A DNA stretch of 64,000 nucleotides from Verrucomicrobiota bacterium (GTDB taxonomy: Bacteria > Verrucomicrobiota > Verrucomicrobiia > Limisphaerales > JADJPG01): the NCBI GenBank assembly GCA_046048995.1, contig JBJOEZ010000016.1:7243-71242 (forward strand), read 5' to 3'. The position numbers and the translations under genes are program-made. The notes beneath the pieces were generated by a model. That model did no database searches. It worked only from the letters and a program-made list of their open reading frames with translations, and was not told where the DNA came from. Shown piece after piece: positions 25,173 through 34,384 of the stretch (position 1 is the first letter of the stretch; every line of letters starts with the position of its first letter).

Positions 25173-26282
25173 CTATTTCAGCCGCTCGGGATTGAGCGGC
25201 TTGAGATCCGCCGGGATGAACCGCCCGTTGCGCCGGATCAGTTCCCCGTCGAACCACACCTCGCCCCCGCCCCACTCGGGCCGCTGGATGAGCACCATGT
25301 CCCAATGCACCGCGCTGCGGTTGCCGTTGTCCACATTCTCATAGGCCTGCCCGGGGGTGAAGTGGAGCGACCCCGCGATCTTCTCGTCGAACAGGATGTC
25401 ACACATCGGGTTCAGGATGTGGGGATTGAAGCCCAGGGCAAACTCGCCCACGTAACGGGCGCCCTCGTCGGTGTCCAGGATCTCGTTCAGGCGCCGGGTG
25501 TGGTTGGCGGTGGCGTTGACAATCTTCCCGTCACGGAACTCCAGCCGCACGTTCTCAAACCGGGTGCCTGCATAGAGGGTGGGCGTGTTGAACTGGATCA
25601 CTCCATTGACCGAATGTTTGACCGGGCAGGAGAACACCTCGCCGTCCGGGATGTTCAGCCGCCCGTCGCACATCTTGGCCCCGATGCCCTTGATGCTGAA
25701 GGTCAGGTCCGTGCCCGCCCCGGTCAGCCGGACATGGTCCGCCCGCTTCATGCGCCGCTCCAGCGGCTTCATGGCCCGGGCCATGGCGGCATAGTCCATG
25801 GTGCAGACGTCGAAATAAAAGTTTTCAAACGCCTCCGTGCTCATCCCCGCCGCCTGGGCCATGCTCGGGGTCGGCCACCGCAGCACCACCCAACGGGTCT
25901 TGTTCACGCGGTAATTCAGGACCGGACGCAGGGTCTTGCTGTAAAGCTGCATCCGGTCGCCGGGCACGTCCGCCGTCTCGCTCGCGTTGGCGCTGCCGCG
26001 CAGGGCGATGTAGGCCTGCACCTTCTTCATGCGGAACAGTTCCACATCCCGCACCAACCCCGCATGCTCCGCGGTCGTCTCCCGCAGCAACTCGCGCGTG
26101 ACGCGTCCATGCCGCACCTCCACCAACGGAACCGCCCCCGCCCGGCGCACCGCCCGGATCAGCTCGACCGTGAACTCGTCGGGAATCTCAATGGCGTCAA
26201 TCAGCACCCGGTCACCCCGGCGCAGGGCGCAGGAATACTTGACCAGCAGGTTGGCCAGCTTGGCATGGCGGGGATCATTCAT
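25173..26282 (-). CDS. Aminopeptidase, peptidase family M29 (AmpS/aminopeptidase T-like)
   Basis: 369 aa. The C-terminal block ILDTDEGARYVGEFALGFNP...DILFDEKIAGSLHFTPGQAY...SAVHWDMV matches conserved M29 blocks as I remember them from Thermus aminopeptidase T. Confidence 0.85.
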   Translation of the reverse strand: MNDPRHAKLANLLVKYSCALRRGDRVLIDAIEIPDEFTVELIRAVRRAGAVPLVEVRHGRVTRELLRETTAEHAGLVRDVELFRMKKVQAYIALRGSANASETADVPGDRMQLYSKTLRPVLNYRVNKTRWVVLRWPTPSMAQAAGMSTEAFENFYFDVCTMDYAAMARAMKPLERRMKRADHVRLTGAGTDLTFSIKGIGAKMCDGRLNIPDGEVFSCPVKHSVNGVIQFNTPTLYAGTRFENVRLEFRDGKIVNATANHTRRLNEILDTDEGARYVGEFALGFNPHILNPMCDILFDEKIAGSLHFTPGQAYENVDNGNRSAVHWDMVLIQRPEWGGGEVWFDGELIRRNGRFIPADLKPLNPERLK

Positions 26283-26436
26283 GGTATGTGCCAGCCAAGG
26301 CTATCCGGCCCCGCCCGCGGTTCAAGGCGCAAAACGGACCGCCCGGACCCGAAAAACCCGTTGACCCTCCAAAATGCCGCTTGTTACCTTGCGCCCCCTG
26401 TTGTGCCCGGGCCACGCCCGGGGGCACCGTCACCGT

Positions 26437-26910
26437 ATGCGACATACCATCTCCGTGCTGGTCGAGAATAAGTTCGGGGTCCTCACCCGAGTGGCCGGCC
26501 TTTTCAGCGGCCGCGGCTACAACATCGACTCCCTCAACGTGGGCCCCACCCACGACCCCAAGACCAGCCGCATGACCATCGTCACCCGCGGGGACGACGC
26601 CACGGTCGAGCAAATCGTCAAGCAACTCAACAAGTTGGTGGATGTGCTCGCCGTGCAGGACTTCCGCGACGCCGAGTTCATCGACCGCGAGCTGGTCCTC
26701 GTCAAGGTCAGCGTCAACTCCGGCAGCCGCGCCGAGGTCATGCAAATCACCGACATCTTCCGCGCCAAGATCGTCGACGTGCAACCCGCCAGCCTCACCA
26801 TCGAAATCACCGGCAACGAGAGCAAGGTCGAGAAGTTCCTCGAACTGATGAAGACCTTCGGCATCCTCGAACTGTCCCGCACCGGCAAGGTCGCCCTGCC
26901 GCGCAAATAA
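26437..26910 (+). CDS. ilvN: Acetolactate synthase small (regulatory) subunit
   Basis: [38 protein letters not shown]..., a typical ACT-domain N-terminus of IlvN/IlvH. The track ORF starts 21 codons upstream at 26374; I chose the ATG at 26437. Confidence 0.9.
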   Translation: MRHTISVLVENKFGVLTRVAGLFSGRGYNIDSLNVGPTHDPKTSRMTIVTRGDDATVEQIVKQLNKLVDVLAVQDFRDAEFIDRELVLVKVSVNSGSRAEVMQITDIFRAKIVDVQPASLTIEITGNESKVEKFLELMKTFGILELSRTGKVALPRK

Positions 26911-26965
26911 CCCGCCCGCCCTCTCCCCCTCTCACCGCAACCCCAACCCATCCCTCATCCATTCC

Positions 26966-27991
26966 ATGCCCGCCAAAGTACTGACCGACAAGGACGCCGA
27001 CCTGAAGCTGCTCAAGAACAAGACCCTCGCCGTCCTCGGCTTCGGCTCCCAGGGCCATGCCCACGCGCTCAACCTCAAGGACAGCGGCCTGCGCGTCATC
27101 ATCGGCCTCTATGAAGGCAGCAAGTCCGCCGCCGTCGCCCGCCAGAAGGGCTTCGAGGTCTATCCCACCGCCGAGGCGGTCCGGCGCGCGGATGTCATCT
27201 TCGTCGCCCTGCCTGACACCAAGCAGGCCAGCGTCTACCTCAGCGACATCGCCCCCAACCTCGCCAAGGGCAAGACCCTCCTCTTCTCCCACGGCTTTTC
27301 CATCCACTTCAAGACCGTCAAGCCCCCCCGCAACGTCGACGTCATCCTCGTCGCCCCCAAGGGCCCCGGTCACATCGTCCGGCGCCAATACACCGAGGGC
27401 AAGGGGGTTCCCGCCCTCATCGCCGTCTACCAGAACCCCAGCAAGCAGGCCCGCAAGGTCGCCCTCGCCTGGGCCAAGGGCATCGGCGGCACCCGCGCCG
27501 GCGTCATCGAGACCACCTTCAAGGAGGAAACCGAGACCGACCTGTTCGGCGAACAAACCGTCCTCTGCGGCGGCCTCAGCGCCCTCGTCCAGGCCGGCTA
27601 CGAAACCCTCGTCGAGGCCGGCTACCAACCCGAGATGGCCTACTTCGAGTGCCTCCACGAACTGAAGCTGATCGTCGACCTCATGAACGAGGCCGGCATC
27701 AGCGGCATGCGCTTCTCCATCTCCGAGACCGCCAAATGGGGCGATGTCACGGTCGGGCCCAGGATCATCGATGCCAGCGTCAAGAGGCGCATGAAAGCCG
27801 CCCTCAAGGACGTGCAAAACGGCAAGTTCGCCCGCGACTGGGTCCGTGAATACCAGACCGGCTACAAGCGCTACAACGCCCTCCTCCGCAAGGGCGAGCA
27901 GCACTCCATCGAAAAGGTCGGCGCCCGCCTCCGCTCCCTCATGCCCTGGATGCCCAAGCGCTCCATCAAGGGCGTCCAGGCCGCCTACTGA
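26966..27991 (+). CDS. ilvC: Ketol-acid reductoisomerase
   Basis: 341 aa. [21 protein letters not shown] Rossmann motif, ..[14 protein letters not shown].. and ..ISETAKWG.. conserved blocks. Lies 55 nt downstream of ilvN. Confidence 0.95.
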   Translation: MPAKVLTDKDADLKLLKNKTLAVLGFGSQGHAHALNLKDSGLRVIIGLYEGSKSAAVARQKGFEVYPTAEAVRRADVIFVALPDTKQASVYLSDIAPNLAKGKTLLFSHGFSIHFKTVKPPRNVDVILVAPKGPGHIVRRQYTEGKGVPALIAVYQNPSKQARKVALAWAKGIGGTRAGVIETTFKEETETDLFGEQTVLCGGLSALVQAGYETLVEAGYQPEMAYFECLHELKLIVDLMNEAGISGMRFSISETAKWGDVTVGPRIIDASVKRRMKAALKDVQNGKFARDWVREYQTGYKRYNALLRKGEQHSIEKVGARLRSLMPWMPKRSIKGVQAAY

Positions 27992-28151
27992 CCCCTCCCG
28001 CCCCGCCTTTCACACCCCGCGCGGCCGCGCAACCAAGCCGGCCCCGCGGGGTTTCTGTTGGGTGCCCGGCCCTCCCCCGCCGCCGGTCCCGGTTAAAGGT
28101 CCGGGGCCAAACGCCGAAACTTTGGTGTGGTCGCAGGCACTCACCTGAACT

Positions 28152-29057
28152 ATGATTAACCTCATGACGCGGTTTAGCATCGGATTCCACCGCCGCCTGG
28201 GGGTGCCCTTCCTGGCCGCCAGCCTCCTGGCCTCGGCCCCCTTGCTGCCAGCCCAGGACAAGGATGGGGCCAGCGAGGAGAAGGCCAACCCCTACGAGGC
28301 CATCGTGGAGCGCAATCCCTTCGCCCTCAAGCCGCCGCCGCCCCCGCCGGATCCCGACGCCGCCCCCCCAGCCCCAGCCGCCCCCCTCGCCACCGTCGAG
28401 GTCACCGGGGTCACCAGCATCTTCTCCAAGAAAAAGGCGCTCGTCGAAATCGTCCCCGGCCCCGGCAAGCCCCCCATGAAGCTCACCCTCAACGAAGGGG
28501 AACGCGTCGATGCCATCGAAATCGTGGCCATCGACGTCGAGAAGGCCGAGGTCACCATCAACAACGCCGGCACGGTCACCAACATCAGCCTCAAGGTCGC
28601 CAAGGCTCCCACCGGAGCGCCGGCGGCAACCCCCGCCATCCCCGGCATGCCGGTGGCCCCCGGCCTCATCCCGCCCCCGGCCGTCCCGGGAGTCATCCCC
28701 ACGCCGCCTCAAGCTGCCTTCACCTCCTCCGGTCGCGCCGGCTCCATCGTGGCCGGCGGCAACGCCCCCGTCCTCGGAGGCGGCGGAGGCATGGGCTCGG
28801 TCCCCCAGGTCATGCCCAACTTCGGCCAACCCGGCGTCGGCGCCCAACCAGGCGGCATCTACACCAGCGCCGGCGGCAACCCCGGCGCCCTCATCAACCG
28901 CCCCATCCGCACCCAAACCCCCATCCCCTCCGAAGCCCCCCAGCAGGCCGCCGACCCCGCCGTGCAATACATCAACATGGCCGTGCAAAAGCAGACCCTG
29001 GAGTCCAGGGGCGTCCGCATGCCCCCCCTGCCCCCGGTGCCCGGACTCGATCAGTAG
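28152..29057 (+). CDS. Secreted Pro/Ala/Gly-rich protein with a PilP/GspC-like beta domain (hypothetical)
   Basis: Signal-like N-terminus (..LGVPFLAASLLASAPLLPAQD). NPF motif followed by a poly-Pro run, then VEVTGVTSIFSKKKALVEIV...KLTLNEGERVDAIEIVAIDVEKAEVTINNAGTVTNISL, then low-complexity P/G/A sequence. High GC3. Confidence 0.6.
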   Translation: MINLMTRFSIGFHRRLGVPFLAASLLASAPLLPAQDKDGASEEKANPYEAIVERNPFALKPPPPPPDPDAAPPAPAAPLATVEVTGVTSIFSKKKALVEIVPGPGKPPMKLTLNEGERVDAIEIVAIDVEKAEVTINNAGTVTNISLKVAKAPTGAPAATPAIPGMPVAPGLIPPPAVPGVIPTPPQAAFTSSGRAGSIVAGGNAPVLGGGGGMGSVPQVMPNFGQPGVGAQPGGIYTSAGGNPGALINRPIRTQTPIPSEAPQQAADPAVQYINMAVQKQTLESRGVRMPPLPPVPGLDQ

Positions 29058-29159
29058 CCGGCGGCTCCCCCGCCCACGGCCCTGCCGCCCACCCCCGGCC
29101 GGTAATCACTCCCGGTTCAAGGCCGGATGAACCCGGCCAGCCGCCTTCCCCGTCACCCC

Positions 29160-29759
29160 ATGAATCCAAGCCTTCCCTTCCTCCTCCTCGCCTTGGCCGC
29201 TGCACCCCTCCTGTCCGGTTGCCAGCGACTCGCCGCCAATTACGTCCTCGACCCCCGCGCCCCCTCCGCCGCCTACGCGGACCTCAAGCCCCTCGCCAAC
29301 CCAGGCCCCGTCCTGCTCAGCTTTGAGATGCGCCGGGCTGATGGTTCGTTCGCCCAGGGGCAGGCTCATTTCGCCCCCAGGCTCGCCCGCATCGTGGAAC
29401 GCTCAGGGTTGTTCTCCTCCGTGGCCCAGGTGGGCCATGAATCCATGCCCCGCCTGCAGGTCGTGCTCGCCGAAATGGCCGCCGCCACCGGGACCGACCT
29501 GAAATCCCTGCCGCCCGCCCTCAGTTCCGGACTGCCGGGCTCGGAAGCCGCGCTCCTCTATCTTTTCACCGCCTCCTACGAGGCGCCCGGCAAGCCCCCC
29601 GTCCGCAAGGTTTACCCCCACGCCATCCATGTGCTGCGCAGTGGGGTCTTCCCGCCCGCCGGCACCCAGGCGCTCTCCGGCAACCAAGCCACCGATGCGA
29701 TGCTCGAGGGGCTCACCCTCAACTTCCTTCGCGAACTGCAGGCCGACGGCAAACTCTGA
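29160..29759 (+). CDS. Hypothetical lipoprotein
   Basis: MNPSLPFLLLALAAAPLLSGC, a lipobox (L-S-G-C). The track ORF begins 11 codons upstream at 29127. No recognisable family. Confidence 0.55.
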   Translation: MNPSLPFLLLALAAAPLLSGCQRLAANYVLDPRAPSAAYADLKPLANPGPVLLSFEMRRADGSFAQGQAHFAPRLARIVERSGLFSSVAQVGHESMPRLQVVLAEMAAATGTDLKSLPPALSSGLPGSEAALLYLFTASYEAPGKPPVRKVYPHAIHVLRSGVFPPAGTQALSGNQATDAMLEGLTLNFLRELQADGKL

Positions 29760-29768
29760 CCTCCGGAA

Positions 29769-30812
29769 TCAGGACGTCCGTCCGCCGGTGCCAGGCGCCC
29801 GCGCCCCGGCCCGCTTGCGCCAGCCGTCCAGGCCGACCGCCAGCAGGATGACCAACCCAATGATGATCTCCTGCATGAAGGTCGGCCAGAGCATCAGGCT
29901 GGACCCGTTGCGCAGGATCTGAATGGTCAAGGCTCCCACCATGGAGCCCAGGATGCTGCCCGAACCCCCGCTCAGGCTGGCCCCGCCCAGAACCACCGCC
30001 GCGATCACGTCCAGTTCCAATCCCACCGCCCCCGAGGGATCCCCCTGCGACAGCCGCGTCATCTGCAGCACGCCGGCACAGCCAAAAAAAAGGCCCGCCA
30101 GGCCGTAGACGCGAAACTTCAACCAACGCACCCGGATGCCGGAATAAGCCGCCGCCGTCTCGCTGGCCCCCAGCGCAAAAAGATGCCGGCCCAGCAACGT
30201 GTGCCGCAGCACCACCGCCAGTCCCAGGGCCAGGATTAGCGCCACCCACACCCCTGGCGGCAGCTGCATCCAGTTCCCGGACTCGGCCGGGGCCATCCAC
30301 CCGTTCACCGGCGAGCCTTCGGGCACGTTCACCACCTGGTTGTCGGCCACCCACTTCGCCAAACCCCGGCAAACCCCCATCATGCCAAGCGTGACAATGA
30401 AGGGCATCATGCGAAACCCCGCCACCAACGCCCCGTTCACCAACCCCACCATGCCCCCCGCCAGCATGCCCATCCCCACCGCCACCCCCGGCGGCCACCC
30501 CATGCCCAGCCACGTGGCCGTCAACACCCCCGTCAACGCCACCCCCGACCCCACGCTGAGATCGATCCCCCCGCCCACGATGATCAGCGTCATGCCCAAC
30601 GCGCCAATCGCCACCACCACCGTCTGCGTCAAAACCATCCGCGCGTTCTCCATGCTCAGGAACGCCCGCAACCCCTCGCGATCCCGCAGCAGCAACCCGA
30701 GGGCAAACAATCCCGTCACCAGCGCCAGGGCAAAGAACGGCGCCCCCCAACGCGCCCACCGGCGCACCCGCCCCGCATGGTGGCCCGGAACGCTCACTTC
30801 ACTTCCCTGCAT
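29769..30812 (-). CDS. Sugar ABC transporter permease (RbsC/monosaccharide family)
   Basis: 347 aa, multi-TM. ..TLIIVGGGIDLSVGS.. and ..GGASLSGGSGSILGS.. are typical of the ribose-type permease family. Its start overlaps the stop of the upstream binding-protein gene by 14 nt. Confidence 0.85.
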   Translation of the reverse strand: MQGSEVSVPGHHAGRVRRWARWGAPFFALALVTGLFALGLLLRDREGLRAFLSMENARMVLTQTVVVAIGALGMTLIIVGGGIDLSVGSGVALTGVLTATWLGMGWPPGVAVGMGMLAGGMVGLVNGALVAGFRMMPFIVTLGMMGVCRGLAKWVADNQVVNVPEGSPVNGWMAPAESGNWMQLPPGVWVALILALGLAVVLRHTLLGRHLFALGASETAAAYSGIRVRWLKFRVYGLAGLFFGCAGVLQMTRLSQGDPSGAVGLELDVIAAVVLGGASLSGGSGSILGSMVGALTIQILRNGSSLMLWPTFMQEIIIGLVILLAVGLDGWRKRAGARAPGTGGRTS

Positions 30813-31779
30813 TCGCCCGCCGGGGATGGAGCAGTTCCTGCATGGCCGGCTGCCCCATGTTCTCGCCCGTCACCAGCGTCACCCCGGTGTCAATGCGCCG
30901 CTCCACCGGCTTGCCCTGCAGGTGCGCCACCAGCGTCAGCACGCCGCGCCGCCCCATCACCACCGGGTTCTGCACCACCAACCCCTGCACATCCCCGTTC
31001 CTCAGGTCCAGCACCGACTGTTCCCCGGTGTCAAACCCCACCATCTTGACCTTGCCGCCGGCCCGCCCTATGTCGCGCAGGGCCCGGGTCATGCCCACCG
31101 TCGAACCCTCGTTCGGACAAAAGATTCCGTCCACCTCCCGCCCAAAACGCCGCAACAGGTTCTGCGAGGCCTGGTAGGCCGTCTCCCGGGTCGGCCCGGC
31201 ATACTGGTCCGATGACAGCAGCTTCAGCCCGGGAAACTTGGCCTTCAAGGTGTCCAGAAAACCTGCCTCCCGCTCCTCCGTGCTGGCCGATCCCACCCCG
31301 TAGCGCAGCAGGATCACCCGCCCCTGCCCCCCCAGCAACCCGCCCAGGTGTTCCGCCGCCAGCACCCCGCCCTTGTAGTTGTCCGTGGCCACATAGCTGA
31401 CGTAGTTGTCTGACTTCAACCCGGAATCGAACAGAACGACCGGGATCCCGGCCTTCATGGCGGATTGCACCGGGCGAACCAGGGCCTGGGAGTCCAGCGG
31501 GGCCACCATGATGCCGCTCACCCGCCGGGTGACGAAGTTCTCCAGGGTCTGAATCTGCTGGTCCCGGTCATCCTCCTTCAGCGGACCCTTCCAGATGATT
31601 TCGACCGCCACCCCCTGCCCGGCCAATTCATCCCGGGCCTGCAGGGCGCCCGCATGCACGGATTTCCAAAACTCGTGGGTCGCCCCCTTCGGAATCACCG
31701 CAATCCGATACGTCTTGTCCGCAGCCAGGGCCGGCCAGGCCAGGAGAAAGGCGGCCAGCGCCGCCAGGAGGGGTTTCAT
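30799..31779 (-). CDS. Sugar ABC transporter periplasmic substrate-binding protein (RbsB-like, PBP type I)
   Basis: Signal peptide MKPLLAALAAFLLAWPALAADKTYRIAVIPKGATHEFWKSV...; ..DNYKGG.. and ..VGFD.. motifs of the ribose/galactose-binding family. Confidence 0.85.
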   Translation of the reverse strand: MKPLLAALAAFLLAWPALAADKTYRIAVIPKGATHEFWKSVHAGALQARDELAGQGVAVEIIWKGPLKEDDRDQQIQTLENFVTRRVSGIMVAPLDSQALVRPVQSAMKAGIPVVLFDSGLKSDNYVSYVATDNYKGGVLAAEHLGGLLGGQGRVILLRYGVGSASTEEREAGFLDTLKAKFPGLKLLSSDQYAGPTRETAYQASQNLLRRFGREVDGIFCPNEGSTVGMTRALRDIGRAGGKVKMVGFDTGEQSVLDLRNGDVQGLVVQNPVVMGRRGVLTLVAHLQGKPVERRIDTGVTLVTGENMGQPAMQELLHPRRANAGK

Positions 31780-31893
31780 GACCCAAGGCTAAAAAACGGC
31801 CCGCCCCGGTTCAACGCTTTTGCGGCGGTCCCGCTTCCCGGGCGCCCCCTCCCCCCGCGCCAGGGGTTGCCCTCGGCCGCCCAACATGCCAAC

Positions 31894-33606
31894 GTGGGCA
31901 TCGTGAAGAAGCCCACTGCCGGCCGGCCCAGGAATCCCGGGGCCACTGCCGCCCCGCCCCCATCATCGCCCGGCCTCCCGGAACCCGGCCTGACGGAGGA
32001 ATCCGTGGCCCGGTTCTCCACCCTTCAACTGCTCGACCTCATCACCCACCGCCTCGCCATGCAGGATGCCCCCACCGCGGACCTGCGCCTCCTCCGGCGC
32101 CGCGTGGAGGAGCTGGAGGAGACCCACGACCAGGCCAGGGCCGCCTTGGAACAACTGAGCGAGGCCGTCGACAAACTCCGGGCCCCCGCCCTGCGCATTG
32201 GCACACTCCTGCAAAAACTCTCCCCCACCCGCGCCCTGGTCTGCGTGAACGGCACGGAATACGTCTCCAGCCTCGACCCCCAGGTTCCCGAGTCCGCCCT
32301 CGAAACCGGCGCCCGCGTGCTGCTCAACGAGGCCTTCGCCGTCACCGACTCCCTCGGGTTCGATCGCACCGGCCCCGTCGTCCGCGTCGTCGAGGTCCTC
32401 GCCGACAACCGCCTGCGTGTCGGCAACGACTCCGGCATCTCCGATCTCGTGGTCAGCCGGTCGTCCCTGCTCCTCAAGGAAAAGCTCAAGCCCGGGATCG
32501 AACTCCGCCTCGACGCCAACCAACGCGTGGCCTGCGAAATCCTCGGCCCCGGCCGCCGCGCCGACCGCACCCTCGCCCGGGTCGAACCCATCCTCTGGAG
32601 CGACATCGGCGGCCAGCGCGAGGCCGTCGAGGCCATCCGCGACTCGATCGAGATGCCGTTCCTCCATGCCAAGCTCTTCCAACGCTTCCGGCACCCGGTC
32701 CCCAAGGGCTTCCTGCTCCACGGGCCGCCCGGGTGCGGCAAGACCCTTCTCGGCAAGGCCACCGCCCACAACCTCCGCCTCCAGTTGCGCGCCAAGACCG
32801 GCGAGGATCACCCCGAGTTCTTCCTCAGTGTGAAGGGGCCGGAAATCCTCAACATGTGGCTGGGCGAATCCGAGCGGCAAGTCCGGGATCTCTTCGCCCA
32901 ATGTCGTGAAAAGGCCGCCGAGGGCAACCTCGCCTTCCTCTTCATCGACGAGGCCGAGTCCATCCTCGGCACCCGCCACGCCGGCCGGGGCGGGTCCAGC
33001 ATCCTCTCCACCCTCGTCCCCATGTTCTGCACCGAGATGGACGGGCTGGAGTCCCTGCAGAACGTCGTTGTCATCATCGCCTCCAACCGCGCCGACCTCA
33101 TCGATCCCGCCATCCTCCGCCCCGGCCGCATCGACCGCAAAATCCGCGTCCGCCGCCCCGACCGCGACGCCGCCCGCGAAATCTACCGCATCTACCTCCA
33201 AGCCGGCCTCCCGCTGGCCGAGCCGGTCGAATCCCTCGTCGAGGCGGCTGTCGAGGGCCACTACGCCCGGTGCGAGGCCAACCGCTTCCTCGACATCACC
33301 TACCGCAGCGGCCGCCATGACTACCTCTACCGCGGCGACCTCGCCAGCGGTGCCCTCATCGCCGCCATCGTCGAACGCGCCAAGGAACTGGCCATCAAGC
33401 GTTCCATCCAGCAGGGCAACGACTCCCCCCTGACCCGGGCCGACCTCGCCCGCGCCCTCGACCAGGAATACCAGGAGAACGAACTCTTCCCCCCCAGCGA
33501 CATCACCGAGGACTGGCTCAAGCTCACCGACCTTGAGCCCGGCAACGTCGTTCGCCTCTCCCCTTACCGCGCCGCCGCACCCCAGTCCGCCCCGCGCATC
33601 ATTTAG
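31894..33606 (+). CDS. AAA+ ATPase of the proteasome-ATPase (Mpa/ARC-like) type: coiled coil, two OB-like segments, one AAA module
   Basis: The track ORF starts at 31465 but its first 143 codons overlap the binding-protein gene on the other strand. The first plausible in-frame start after it is the GTG at 31894 (another GTG at 31903). Coiled coil LRLLRRRVEELEETHDQARAALEQLSEAVDKL. Walker A GPPGCGKT, Walker B LFIDEAES, and ..ASNRADLIDPAILRPGRIDRKIRVRRPD.. closely resemble Mpa as I remember it. C-terminus ..SAPRII-stop. Confidence 0.8.
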   Translation: MGIVKKPTAGRPRNPGATAAPPPSSPGLPEPGLTEESVARFSTLQLLDLITHRLAMQDAPTADLRLLRRRVEELEETHDQARAALEQLSEAVDKLRAPALRIGTLLQKLSPTRALVCVNGTEYVSSLDPQVPESALETGARVLLNEAFAVTDSLGFDRTGPVVRVVEVLADNRLRVGNDSGISDLVVSRSSLLLKEKLKPGIELRLDANQRVACEILGPGRRADRTLARVEPILWSDIGGQREAVEAIRDSIEMPFLHAKLFQRFRHPVPKGFLLHGPPGCGKTLLGKATAHNLRLQLRAKTGEDHPEFFLSVKGPEILNMWLGESERQVRDLFAQCREKAAEGNLAFLFIDEAESILGTRHAGRGGSSILSTLVPMFCTEMDGLESLQNVVVIIASNRADLIDPAILRPGRIDRKIRVRRPDRDAAREIYRIYLQAGLPLAEPVESLVEAAVEGHYARCEANRFLDITYRSGRHDYLYRGDLASGALIAAIVERAKELAIKRSIQQGNDSPLTRADLARALDQEYQENELFPPSDITEDWLKLTDLEPGNVVRLSPYRAAAPQSAPRII

Positions 33607-34384
33607 CCGCGGGGCCAGGCCGCCCGGCCGCGCCGGCGCACGCCTGCCGCCAGGCCAGGTGCAACCCCTCCAGGGTCAGCGCCGGGCGCACCTCCGCGAT
33701 CTCCGGCAACCCCGCCGCCATCAGCCGGGCATAGCCCCCCGTGGCCACCACCCGCAATCGCCGCGCGCCCAGTTCCCGCCGCAGCCGCCCCAGCAACTCC
33801 CGAATCAGGCCCCGATACCCATGCACCGCCCCAATCCGCATGGCCTGTTCGGTGTTCCGCCCGATCACGCCCTTCTCCTCCCGGATGCGAATGCGCGGCA
33901 GCAGCGCCGTCTTTTCATGCAGGTAATCCGTCATCACCGCCAACCCGGGCGCAATGATCCCACCCACGTAATCCCCCCGCCGATCCACCACGTCAAAGGT
34001 CACCGCCGTGCCGAAATCAATCACCACCGACGGCGCCCCATACAGCAGCCGCGCCGCCACCGCGTTGGCCAACCGGTCCGGCCCAATCGTTTCCGGCCGC
34101 GGATAACGCACTCCCAATCCGACGAGGCTCGCCGCCGTCAGCCGATACGGCGCCACCCGCCAAACCCGCCGCAAGACCCGCTCCGCCCGCGGCGTGGCCC
34201 AGGGCACCACACTGCACACCGCCGCCCCCTCCACCCGGGCCCGCCCGGCAAACCGCCGCACGGCCGCCTCCGCCCGGCCGTCCCGCCACCCGCGCGTCGC
34301 CACCTGGCCCTGCCGGCGCACCCCGCCCGCATCCGCCAACCCCAGGTGCGTGTGCGTGTTGCCAATGTCCAGCAGCAGAATCAT
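33599..34384 (-). CDS. coaX: Type III pantothenate kinase
   Basis: MILLLDIGNTHTHLGL...IDFGTAVTFD...GGIIAPG...VVATGGYA. The true start is the ATG at 34384, overlapping the birA stop by 4 nt (ATGA). The longer track ORF (to 34981) is an upstream extension inside birA. Confidence 0.9.
   Translation of the reverse strand: MILLLDIGNTHTHLGLADAGGVRRQGQVATRGWRDGRAEAAVRRFAGRARVEGAAVCSVVPWATPRAERVLRRVWRVAPYRLTAASLVGLGVRYPRPETIGPDRLANAVAARLLYGAPSVVIDFGTAVTFDVVDRRGDYVGGIIAPGLAVMTDYLHEKTALLPRIRIREEKGVIGRNTEQAMRIGAVHGYRGLIRELLGRLRRELGARRLRVVATGGYARLMAAGLPEIAEVRPALTLEGLHLAWRQACAGAAGRPGPAAK

Noticed and set aside
26374-26436. Possible ilv leader peptide (MPLVTLRPLLCPGHARGHRHR, in frame with ilvN)
   Set aside because: It has no run of Ile/Leu/Val codons and no separate stop codon, because it is simply the in-frame upstream part of the ilvN ORF. 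There is no evidence for attenuation of the enterobacterial type.
31465-31893. N-terminal 143 codons of the track ORF for the AAA ATPase
   Set aside because: They overlap the 5' part of the substrate-binding protein gene on the opposite strand and translate to Arg/Pro/Gly-rich sequence. The conserved Mpa-like sequence begins only after 31894.
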